From: Minisyncoccota bacterium
Lineage (GTDB): Bacteria; Patescibacteriota; Minisyncoccia; Phycocordibacterales; Phycocordibacteraceae
Assembly: GCA_036399335.1 (NCBI GenBank)
Contig: DASWNF010000014.1
Span: 209,642-273,641 of the forward strand
Length of the DNA stretch: 64,000 nt
Reading direction: 5' to 3'
The notes under the pieces were generated by a model. It was not told the DNA's origin. It made no database searches and worked only from the letters and a program-made list of their open reading frames with translations. The translations under genes were made by a program, and so were the position numbers. This document shows positions 18,409-28,519 of this stretch, one piece after another. Numbering within the stretch: the first letter of the stretch is position 1; each line of letters begins with the position of its first letter.

Positions 18409-19485
18409 ATGAAAGCAAACATGCCAAGAATCAAAAGACCAAACGAACTCCATGCAGTTGATTTCTTCTGCTCTGGCGGAGGTATGACCTGCGGCCTTCG
18501 ACAGGCGGGGATCGAGGTCATTGCTGGGATAGATAATGATCCCCAGTGTAAGGAAACATACGAGAAGAATAATCCAGGCACTCAGTTTATTCTCGCCGAT
18601 GTGTTCGATCTAAAAGAGAAAGAACTCTCCAAGCAGCTGAATCTGAAGCGCAATGACGATAATCTAATACTCATTGGATGCAGCCCCTGCCAATTCTGGT
18701 CCATAATTCAAACAAGCAAAAAGAAGGCCGAGAAATCAAAGAATCTCCTCGTTGAGTTCAAGAGATTCGTGGACTACCTGAACCCAGGTTACGTCCTTGT
18801 AGAGAACGTGCCAGGGATTCTAGCCAGGAAAGACGAAAGCGGACTTGCTGCCTTTATTGAGGACCTCGAACGTAAGGGATATAGCGTTCACTACGAAGTA
18901 GTGAACATGAGTGAACATGGGGTTCCCCAGATGCGAAAACGCTTCTCCCTTATCGCAAGCCGGTTACATAAGGAACCACTCAAGCTCTCAAAAGAAGCTT
19001 CTTACTTCCCGTTGGTAAAAGATGTGATTGGAAAGGAGAAGGGCTTCAAGTCCATTCCTGCTGGATATCATGACAAGACCGACACACAACATTCAACAGC
19101 GAATCTTACGCAGAAGAATCTCGAACGACTGGAGAAAACTAAAAAAAATGGAGGATCATGGCTAGATTGGGCAGAGGACCCTAAACTTAAGCGGAAGTCA
19201 TACAAGGGTAAGGAATTTAAAGATAACTACGGGCGCATGCGTTGGGACAAGCCTGCGCCGACAATTACTACTAAGTTCGCAAGCATCTCAAATGGACGTT
19301 TCGCTCACCCAGAAGAAAACCGAGGCATTTCGCTCCGGGAGGGAGCAACTCTTCAGACGTTCCCGGCCGATTATGTATTTCATACTGAGAGCTTTGGCGT
19401 TGCTGCGCGCATCATAGGTAACGCGGTACCCCCAGCGTTTGCAAAGAAATTGGGCAAGCGTATTGTGAACGCACACAAAACCTAG
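18409..19485 (+). CDS. DNA (cytosine-5)-methyltransferase
   Basis: motif I FCSGGGMTCG, motif IV GCSPCQFWS (PC), motif VI ENV, motif VIII QMRKRF, motif X GNAVPP all in canonical order. Confidence 0.9.
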   Translation: MKANMPRIKRPNELHAVDFFCSGGGMTCGLRQAGIEVIAGIDNDPQCKETYEKNNPGTQFILADVFDLKEKELSKQLNLKRNDDNLILIGCSPCQFWSIIQTSKKKAEKSKNLLVEFKRFVDYLNPGYVLVENVPGILARKDESGLAAFIEDLERKGYSVHYEVVNMSEHGVPQMRKRFSLIASRLHKEPLKLSKEASYFPLVKDVIGKEKGFKSIPAGYHDKTDTQHSTANLTQKNLERLEKTKKNGGSWLDWAEDPKLKRKSYKGKEFKDNYGRMRWDKPAPTITTKFASISNGRFAHPEENRGISLREGATLQTFPADYVFHTESFGVAARIIGNAVPPAFAKKLGKRIVNAHKT

Positions 19486-21138
19486 ATGGCAAATCAACCT
19501 CTTGAAATGACGTTCGACCCGGCCACCATCGATCATCTCGGTGTCCGGATGTATTCTACGTTGCCTCCTGTGTTGGCTGAGCTAATTGCAAACTCGTATG
19601 ACGCGGATGCCCATAAGGTCGAGATAGGCCTTTTTGATGGCGATGAGACCAAGACTATTGTTGTCCACGACAACGGTCATGGGATGTCATTCAGCGACAT
19701 CAATGAAAAATTCTTGCGGATTGGACGTAATCGCCGTGACGAAGAAGACCAGAGAGAGACGCCAGAAGGAAGGAAGGTAATTGGTAAAAAAGGTCTTGGC
19801 AAACTCTCCTTCTTCGGCATTGCTAACGAAATTGAAATCGCTACCAGGAAAGAAGGGAAAGAAAACGTCTTTATCATGCGATGGGATGATATCAGGGATG
19901 CAAAGGCCGTATACAGTCCAGAAACCGTATTAGTAGATCGCGAATGCGACCCCGAGAGCAAGGGAACAACTATAACCCTAAGAGGGTTGAGAAGAAGTAC
20001 AGATTTTGACCCCCAGGCACTTGCAATATCACTATCGAAAATCTTCATCGTAGACGATGATTTTGAGATTCAAATAAGTCACAATGGCGAGACACCAGTT
20101 GAGGTGGAGAATGATAAAAAATACGACGACCTCGATAAAGAAGTTGAGTGGGACGTGCCAGATGAAGTAACCTTCGAATCTGACTACGAGAAAGCTGCAG
20201 AAATTAATGGCCACCTTATCGCTGCAGGGAAGCCGATTTCGCCCCGGACTAACATGCGGGGCGTGACGTTATTCTCCCGGAAGAAGTTGGTAAATCTTCC
20301 AGAATATTTCTCGGAAAGCACTTCGAGTCACTTCTTCTCGTATCTCACCGGTTGGCTTGAGGTCGATTTTATCGACGAGCTGGATGAAGATGTTATCTCG
20401 ACAGACCGACAGTCGCTAAACTGGGGCCATCCAGAAATGGAGAAACTAAGAGATCATTTGAGGAAGATGATGAACTGGCTCGAACAGGATTGGCGTCGCA
20501 AAAGGGAGGCCGTTAGAAAGAAGAAGATAGAGGAGCAGACGGGAATCAATACGGAAGACTGGTTCAGCAAGCTCCCTGAGGGAGTCCGCGCAAGCGCAGA
20601 GGCTGTGGTTAAGGCGATCGTGAAAGATTCTGAGCTTCCAGAAGAAGTAAGCACACGCGCCGTTAGAGACTTTCATTCTCTTGTTCCTGAATATCCCAGA
20701 TATCACTGGCGTCAGCTTCATCCAGAAATCCAAGATGCTTCCCGTGAGTACTACGAGCAAGGCGACTACTACCACGCGTTCATTGAAGCGGCTAAACGAT
20801 ACGTGAATGCTGTTCGATCCAAGGCAGTCCGAACAACACGTGACGAGCGCGCACTCATGCAAGAAGTATTTCCTGCTGCAAATCCGATGCTTTCTGTAAC
20901 AGAAGGGTATACCAAACCAGACGGAACAGACTTCACCGCAGATACTCTGACAAACATCCGTATAGCTCACCAGATGTTTTCCGAAGCAGTCATTTGCGGA
21001 GGGAGGCATCCTATATCTCACGAAGAGATTGCAGACCTGAGAGACTCCAGACTCTTTACTGAGGACGACTGTCTCGATGTACTAAGCCTCCTGTCGCACC
21101 TATTCTGGAGACTCGAGCATTCCACAAAATTGAGATAA
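19486..21138 (+). CDS. GHKL/MORC-type ATPase (HATPase_c_3-like) fused to C-terminal Ymh/TIGR02391-like putative HEPN domain
   Basis: Bergerat N-box ELIANSYDADA, G1 box VHDNGHGM, G2 GKKGLGKLS; C-terminal LHPEI...YYHAFIEAAKRYVNAVRSKA...GGRHPISHE with Rx4H HEPN-like motif; start codon overlaps MTase stop. Confidence 0.65.
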   Translation: MANQPLEMTFDPATIDHLGVRMYSTLPPVLAELIANSYDADAHKVEIGLFDGDETKTIVVHDNGHGMSFSDINEKFLRIGRNRRDEEDQRETPEGRKVIGKKGLGKLSFFGIANEIEIATRKEGKENVFIMRWDDIRDAKAVYSPETVLVDRECDPESKGTTITLRGLRRSTDFDPQALAISLSKIFIVDDDFEIQISHNGETPVEVENDKKYDDLDKEVEWDVPDEVTFESDYEKAAEINGHLIAAGKPISPRTNMRGVTLFSRKKLVNLPEYFSESTSSHFFSYLTGWLEVDFIDELDEDVISTDRQSLNWGHPEMEKLRDHLRKMMNWLEQDWRRKREAVRKKKIEEQTGINTEDWFSKLPEGVRASAEAVVKAIVKDSELPEEVSTRAVRDFHSLVPEYPRYHWRQLHPEIQDASREYYEQGDYYHAFIEAAKRYVNAVRSKAVRTTRDERALMQEVFPAANPMLSVTEGYTKPDGTDFTADTLTNIRIAHQMFSEAVICGGRHPISHEEIADLRDSRLFTEDDCLDVLSLLSHLFWRLEHSTKLR

Positions 21139-21363
21139 AATCATCAAGGTCGCGATGCGACTAAAACGCCTAAACCAAGGAGCGATCCGAGGCATGGCCA
21201 AATAAAAACCTACGCGAGCAGAAGCGGCCTCATAGGCTGGCTCTACTCGCGTAGGTCGGTGTCCCGAAAGGGCCTGGGTGATGTCCGAAAGGGTGTCATC
21301 GCCAGTTCTGTGGGGCCGCTTCTGTATCCAGACGGCCTCCTTACCAAAACCTACGCGAACCAT

Positions 21364-22014
21364 ATGAATCAGCCACATCGAGGGTTTACCGCCCTCACAA
21401 TCGCCATACTCCTCGGAATTCTGGTATTGCTGGGAGGAGTGGCAGCCACGATCGCGCTTAAGGCAGAAAAAACCGCCGTTGTGCCACTTACTGAGGCAAC
21501 CAGCACCGTTGCCGCACAAATCGCCCCTGAAGAGAACGTTGAGGCTCGTGTGGGCATCTTTCAAGCACCTGAAGTGACATCGCCAGCCGTAATTACACCG
21601 GCAGCGCCAGGAGTAGATCTAAAAGCAAGCTGTGTGACACAGGAAGCTCGCCTTTATCAGAAGCTTTTGTCCGAACTGCCCAAGCCCTCAGTAGCCACAC
21701 TCGATCGGCAGCGCAGCGCGCTTCTAAAGGCTCTGTATCCAGACTCAATGCCAGCAACAACGGAAGCAGAGCGCGCATCGCTCACGAGCGAACAGAGGCA
21801 AGCAGTAGCGTCGAAAGATTCAGATGCGATCACGACTGAGATCGATGAAGTGGCATACAGTCGGGAGAAGCTGGAACAGCAGGTCAATAACATCGACCGC
21901 CTATTTGACCCCTACAGCACACGCCTTAGGTGCGGTCAGGTGACCACAGAGGAACAGATTGCTCACGAACTGAAGCGCCTGGCCGACGAGATAGAAAGGC
22001 TGAATAAGTTTTAG
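21364..22014 (+). CDS. hypothetical membrane-anchored protein
   Basis: single TM (LTIAILLGILVLLGGVAATIAL) then Ala/Thr/Pro-rich and coiled-coil C-terminus. Confidence 0.45.
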   Translation: MNQPHRGFTALTIAILLGILVLLGGVAATIALKAEKTAVVPLTEATSTVAAQIAPEENVEARVGIFQAPEVTSPAVITPAAPGVDLKASCVTQEARLYQKLLSELPKPSVATLDRQRSALLKALYPDSMPATTEAERASLTSEQRQAVASKDSDAITTEIDEVAYSREKLEQQVNNIDRLFDPYSTRLRCGQVTTEEQIAHELKRLADEIERLNKF

Positions 22015-22535
22015 TCTGCGTGCACAAAAGTCGGAGGATCCTAGAAAGTCCGACAGGGGAAAACTATTTTTGCGAACCTAGTAAATAGGCCATGAAAAGC
22101 ACACTTTAGAATAGTTTTCCCCCTTAAATCGGGTTTTCTGGAAAAGGAGTTTTGTGCACCTTTGCGCCCTGTCTGTAGCCTCGATATAATGGTCGAGGAA
22201 ACAACAAAATAATCGAAAGTAATCGATATCTGAAAGCTGATTGGTCCGTAAGGACTGACGCCGATCTGCGTAAAGTAACCCCAAGCCCGTTCGTCTTAGT
22301 TTCTGGGGGGCCGCTTCTACAGCAAGGGTTCTCCAGCTTACCCACTTGCTGGTATCGATTAGTCGTACTGCGCCTTTGGCAGTAAGGCTGAGTGTGAAGC
22401 CTCAGGATTGATCGCGACTGCATATGCAGCCGTGCTTAATCCCGAGGCTTTTCGCGTTTCTGTCAGCCGGTATTTGCCCCTCTTCTGTTGGGTATGGTCA
22501 ACCGGCTGACCTTATCCAACAGAAGGAGGACAAAC

Positions 22536-22721
22536 ATGTTAACGGTTGAAGAATGTAAGAGGCTTATAGGAGCACCAAGCATGCCTGACGGCGAAGTTAA
22601 GCGAATCAGAGAGCTGTTGTACGCCTTTGTGGAAAGAACGCTGGACTATGTAGATGAAACCGGCATGTTTGTCTCTGAAAAGCCGGTATGTCAAACAAAC
22701 ACAATGAACACAGTAAAGTAA
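22536..22721 (+). CDS. small protein upstream of and overlapping recombinase (possible accessory/RDF-like, speculative)
   Basis: strong SD gaaggagg 7 nt before ATG 22536; 61 aa; overlaps recombinase start by 34 nt. Confidence 0.35.
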   Translation: MLTVEECKRLIGAPSMPDGEVKRIRELLYAFVERTLDYVDETGMFVSEKPVCQTNTMNTVK

Positions 22722-24340
22722 TAGCCTTAATCTATTGCAGGGTCTCATCTGAGCGCCAAGCAAAGGAAGGGCACGGACTAGATAGCCAGGAACACAGATG
22801 CCGGGCGTATGCTGATACGAAGGATTATCACGTTGAGGAAGTATTCAGAGACAGCGCAAGCGGAGGAGGGGACTTTATGAACCGTCCCGCAATGCAAGAA
22901 ATGCTGCATTACATCGATAAGCATCCGCACAAAAACTACACGGTTATCTTCGACGATCTGAAGAGGTTTGCTCGAGACACTGTGTTTCACCTCAAGCTGC
23001 GTGCTGCGCTACAGATGCGCAACGTGAAGCCGGAATGTCTAAACTACGTGTTCGACGATTCCCCGGAGGGAACCTTCGTAGAAACGATATTCGCGGCACA
23101 AGGTCAACTAGAGCGTGAACAAAATAGGCGACAGGTAATTCAAAAGCAGAAGGCGCGACTTGAGCAGGGTTACTGGCCTTTCTATCCGCCGCCAGGTTAC
23201 CAGCAAGTCAGAGAGGTTGCTCATGGAAAAGTCCTAAGGATTATTGAACCTGAGGCGAGTCTCATTCGAGAAGCGTTTGAGGGATTTGCATCTGATCGGT
23301 TCATGACTCAAGCTGATGTGGCTCGTTTTCTACAAGACTCTAATTACAACAAGGGTCGCCCAGTGTACGTAGAAGGCGTAAGACGACTCCTTAGAAGGGT
23401 AGTGTATGCCGGATACGTAGAGCGAGAGGAGTGGGAGGTCTCCAGGCGACCAGGTCAGCATAAGGGACTAGTCAGTATTGAAGTATTCCAGAAGGTGCAG
23501 GAGAAACTCGACGGTAAATGTAAAGTTCGATCGCGACTAAGCGACCGAATGGACTTCGCGTTACGAGGCCTGTTGCTCTGTGATTACTGCAACAAAACTC
23601 TCACAGGCAGCTGGAGTAGAGGTAGGAACAAAATGTATCGTTACTACCGCTGCAAGACGTCAACGTGTGTTCGCTTCAATAAGAGTGTTAATGGCGACTT
23701 CGTTGATAGAGAATTCAAGACCCTATTACGGTCAGCCGTACCACGTATTGAGTTGCTTGAGCTGGCAAAAAGAGTACTGATAGACCTCTGGGGCAAAAGA
23801 GTGAAGCTGTTGGATCAACGCAGAATAGAAGTAGAAAGGAAAATTGAGGAGTCGTCTCGACAGGTCGATCTTCTGACAACACGAATCACGAGAACAATGG
23901 ACGAGTCGCTTATATACGTCTATGAGCGTCAAATATTGAAGGCTAGAGACGATAGCATCGCCCTACAAGGGCAACTTAAAACGATTGGTCTGTCAGCGGC
24001 TCATATTGAAACCGCCCTCGAGGTGGTTACAAGTTATCTAAAAGATCCAGTAAGTACATGGGAAAATGGAGACTTAAAAGCAAAAAGACTAGTCTTCGGA
24101 CTAGTCTTTGCTGATAAGTTGGTCTTCCACCATAAAGATGGGTTTGAAACCGCACAAAAGCCGCTTATTACGGGGCTATTTGAGCAAATCTCTACCAAAG
24201 AATCACAGGATGTGGAGGTGGGGAGAGTTGAACTCCCGTCCAGCCTGGCTTTGAGAGCGATTCTACGACGCGTAGTCGGCATTGAAGATTCGGCAGGGGC
24301 ATCGGAATGCCGACGAAAACGTCCTTGCCTAGGTCCTTAA
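22688..24340 (+). CDS. large serine recombinase (phage-integrase type)
   Basis: N-terminal resolvase catalytic domain ALIYCRVSSERQ (catalytic Ser), recombinase domain, zinc-ribbon CDYC...YYRC, coiled coil; C-terminal ~128 nt overlap tmRNA 3' end on opposite strand. Confidence 0.85.
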   Translation: MSNKHNEHSKVIALIYCRVSSERQAKEGHGLDSQEHRCRAYADTKDYHVEEVFRDSASGGGDFMNRPAMQEMLHYIDKHPHKNYTVIFDDLKRFARDTVFHLKLRAALQMRNVKPECLNYVFDDSPEGTFVETIFAAQGQLEREQNRRQVIQKQKARLEQGYWPFYPPPGYQQVREVAHGKVLRIIEPEASLIREAFEGFASDRFMTQADVARFLQDSNYNKGRPVYVEGVRRLLRRVVYAGYVEREEWEVSRRPGQHKGLVSIEVFQKVQEKLDGKCKVRSRLSDRMDFALRGLLLCDYCNKTLTGSWSRGRNKMYRYYRCKTSTCVRFNKSVNGDFVDREFKTLLRSAVPRIELLELAKRVLIDLWGKRVKLLDQRRIEVERKIEESSRQVDLLTTRITRTMDESLIYVYERQILKARDDSIALQGQLKTIGLSAAHIETALEVVTSYLKDPVSTWENGDLKAKRLVFGLVFADKLVFHHKDGFETAQKPLITGLFEQISTKESQDVEVGRVELPSSLALRAILRRVVGIEDSAGASECRRKRPCLGP

Positions 24341-24639
24341 TTTAAGCGCGCTGCCCGGACATGCAGGCGCCGATCCCGTAGGAGATTCCGCCCTGACCTT
24401 CCGCTACGGGAACCGGGAAGGGGAGGACGTCGCTAAGCGAAGCGAGCTAAAAGCTCAAGCTTACGCGCTCGCGAACGCAAAGTTGAAACTGTTCTTCGAG
24501 AAATACGGAGAAACAGTGTTCTTTGCGCTTGCAACAGTGTTGTTTGCAAGTATTTGTAGTTGCGGGATTTAGATGGACAGCAACCTTCCATCGCGTCGCA
24601 CGTATCTCAAAGTACAGACCGTCAAAGCCGGTCACCCCC
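24213..24639 (-). ncRNA. ssrA: tmRNA (ssrA)
   Basis: 5' GGGGGUGACCGGCUUUGACGG (cf. E. coli GGGGCUGAUUCUGGAUUCGACGG); 3' GGACGGGAGUUCAACUCUCCC-CACCUCC-A (cf. E. coli GGACGCGGGUUCAACUCCCGC-CAGCUCC-ACCA); 7-bp acceptor with G3:U70; internal tag ORF GCA AAC AAC ... GCG UAA = ANNTVASAKNTVSPYFSKNSFNFAFASA; adjacent to smpB. Confidence 0.8.
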
Positions 24640-24677
24640 GGGCTCGATTAGTAACAGGAGCACTAATCGAGCCCGGG
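24637..24677. other. 16-bp perfect inverted repeat (cccgggctcgattagt / actaatcgagcccggg) between smpB stop and tmRNA 5' end
   Basis: seen directly; stem 3' arm overlaps first 3 nt of tmRNA. Confidence 0.8.
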
Positions 24678-24693
24678 ACCGATCGACCTGCTA

Positions 24694-25140
24694 TCAGGTA
24701 CGACGTTTCATTGCGCGATCCATGTCTCGTTTCGCGTCCTTAAGCTTCAAGTCTTCCCGTTTGTCGGACTTGTTCTTACCGCTCACGATGGCCACGCGCA
24801 CCTTCACATATCTCCCACTATTATACACTTCAAGTGGCACTACTGTCAATCCTTTGCGCTCTTCCGCTTCGGCTAAATCCGCTATCTCGGTCTTGTTTAA
24901 AAGGAGGCGGCGGTTCCGTTCCGGGTTATACCCGGCAGGAGTATTCCCTTGCTGGTACGGGGGAATGGACATGCCAATGAGAAAGGCCTCGCCCCCGCGT
25001 ACGACGACGCGCGAACCGTCCAGTTTCCCTTGTTTTGCGCGCACGGCCTTTACTTCGGCCCCGGATAGCTCGATGCCCGCCTGGAGCGTCGAAAGTACGG
25101 AGTAGCGGAGGCGCGCTTTCTTGTGTTCGATGAGCGTCAT
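24694..25140 (-). CDS. smpB: SsrA-binding protein SmpB
   Basis: GIELSGAEVKAV...GKLDGSRVVVRGGEAFLIGMSIPPY...RNRRLLLNK canonical SmpB. Confidence 0.9.
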   Translation of the reverse strand: MTLIEHKKARLRYSVLSTLQAGIELSGAEVKAVRAKQGKLDGSRVVVRGGEAFLIGMSIPPYQQGNTPAGYNPERNRRLLLNKTEIADLAEAEERKGLTVVPLEVYNSGRYVKVRVAIVSGKNKSDKREDLKLKDAKRDMDRAMKRRT

Positions 25141-25191
25141 GTCTTCGTCAGATTTTCAGGAAGCTACCATATATTGTATAGTCTAGAAACT

Positions 25192-27153
<1,962 letters not shown>

Positions 27154-27170
27154 CTATAGAAGAACGTAAT

Positions 27171-27202
27171 AGAAAAGAGGCCGCAGCGTGAGCTGCGGCC
27201 TC
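27171..27202. terminator. hairpin gaggccgcagc-gtga-gctgcggcctc with A tract on plus side (T tract for minus-strand gene)
   Basis: perfect 11-bp stem between convergent ftsH and 27206..27790. Confidence 0.55.
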
Positions 27203-27205
27203 CAA

Positions 27206-27790
27206 CTATTCGCCCTGTCCCTTCGGCTGCTTCCACGCGCGGTACGCGAGATAGATGCCGGTAAGTTCGGTCACGGCTTCGATGCCAACCATGAGCATGA
27301 TGCCGGTCCTGGTGCTGACGTACCCATAGCGCAAGGCAAAAGATGAGCCGTACAAAGCCAGAAGCAGGAAGCTCGACCAGGCCCGGAGGTTTTCGGATGC
27401 GTTCGGGTCAACCTGCACCCGCAACTCCCAGGCGAGCACATAAGTAACGATGTCCACCACGCGCGCGACCCGGGGATGGCTTGCGGCGAACCGCGTCCAC
27501 GCGATGCCCGCCATGCGTATCGTCCACCAGAGTACGCCGAAGGCGGCGTAGAGGGTCGGGGCGACGAACAATCCCCGCCACTGCCCGTATCCCAGGGCTT
27601 GCCACGTGGTTGCGCCGAAGACATAGATGACCGCGAAAAGCGCCATGTTCCGGAAGAGTCCTTTGCCCTTCCCGACTTCGTAATAAGGCCATAAGACGGC
27701 CCATCTCCAGCCGAATAATCCTTCGGACATGAACCGTCTCCTTGTGCGTTGATCCGACTGAACCATACCCACTTTCCACTCGGTCTGCAA
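27206..27790 (-). CDS. hypothetical integral membrane protein
   Basis: 5-6 TM helices, Trp/Tyr-rich. Confidence 0.45.
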   Translation of the reverse strand: MQTEWKVGMVQSDQRTRRRFMSEGLFGWRWAVLWPYYEVGKGKGLFRNMALFAVIYVFGATTWQALGYGQWRGLFVAPTLYAAFGVLWWTIRMAGIAWTRFAASHPRVARVVDIVTYVLAWELRVQVDPNASENLRAWSSFLLLALYGSSFALRYGYVSTRTGIMLMVGIEAVTELTGIYLAYRAWKQPKGQGE

Positions 27791-27836
27791 GGATGATTGG
27801 TGCCTACTCTTTTTGTTTGTATAGTGGATTAACCAA

Positions 27837-27912
27837 CCACCCTTAGCTCAGTTGGTTAGAGCTCCGAGCTTATACCTCGGCGGTCCTTGGTTCGAGTCCA
27901 AGAGGGTGGACC
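27837..27912 (+). tRNA. tRNA-Ile (anticodon UAU)
   Basis: cloverleaf folded by hand: acceptor CCACCCU/AGGGUGG, D-arm GCUC-AGUUGGUUA-GAGC, anticodon stem CCGAG/CUCGG with loop CUUAUAC (U33, UAU, A37), T-arm CUUGG-UUCGAGU-CCAAG. Confidence 0.7.
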
Positions 27913-27989
27913 TGTATGAGGTGCGGGGCTTAAGTCGCAGGTGAGGGATATTGCCATAAGAAAAACCGGCCGCACGGGTGTGCGACCGG

Positions 27990-28508
27990 TCAATGCGTTG
28001 CCCTCTTTGGGCGAGCGGGGGTTTCGAGGATCCGCTCGATAATCGGCGCGGGAAGAGCGGGAATTTGCTGGGCCAATTCATGCGCCTTGCGGTGCATCGC
28101 CCGGACCATGTCCTGCTTACGCGGACCCATGTCGTGGACGATGGAATTCTTGTCGGCCGCGCAGAAGGTTGCGATGTCGGCAATATGGGCGGGCGAGTAG
28201 AAGGGCTTGATAACGCCGTTCCAGTACTCGGCAACCAGGTAGGTAAGCCAGGTGAATTTCGCGCCCACGAACTTCCGGCTGCGCGGGTCCTTCAGCAGCA
28301 CGACAGCACATGACGGTGATATGTAGTGCAGACAAGTGTCGATGAGGCCGGCGTCCCGCATGAAGCACTTCCCGACCACGAGCGCGTCTTCCTTATCCGA
28401 ATACGCAACCCCGTAGGCCGCGAGCTCGCGCCGAAGCAAAACCAAATCTTCGTCCCTGAGGATTCTAGTCACAATGCCCTCCGTAGCAGTCTGGGAGTAC
28501 GCTACCAC
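27990..28508 (-). CDS. hypothetical protein
   Basis: 172-aa ORF, no recognisable motifs. Confidence 0.4.
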   Translation of the reverse strand: MVAYSQTATEGIVTRILRDEDLVLLRRELAAYGVAYSDKEDALVVGKCFMRDAGLIDTCLHYISPSCAVVLLKDPRSRKFVGAKFTWLTYLVAEYWNGVIKPFYSPAHIADIATFCAADKNSIVHDMGPRKQDMVRAMHRKAHELAQQIPALPAPIIERILETPARPKRATH

Positions 28509-28519
28509 TTCCGCCCGAC

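Larger units (their letters stand above)
17438..24340. mobile_element. integrated mobile element (serine-recombinase type) at ssrA; left boundary uncertain (may extend to ~10.7 kb)
   Basis: GC drops to ~45-50% over TrmB-MTase-GHKL-recombinase vs ~60% flanks; recombinase 3' end overlaps tmRNA 3' end; island genes use SD while host genes are mostly leaderless. Confidence 0.5.

Noticed and set aside
21181-21255. Hairpin cctacgcgag...ctcgcgtagg after the GHKL gene as a terminator
   Set aside because: 10-bp stem but a 27-nt loop and no T tract. Kept only as a weak possibility.
24447-24635. 62-aa minus-strand ORF and plus-strand ORF 24560..25105 in the smpB-recombinase gap
   Set aside because: The region is better explained as tmRNA (conserved 5'/3' ends, acceptor with G3:U70, tag frame). 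ORF 24560..25105 also runs antisense through smpB.
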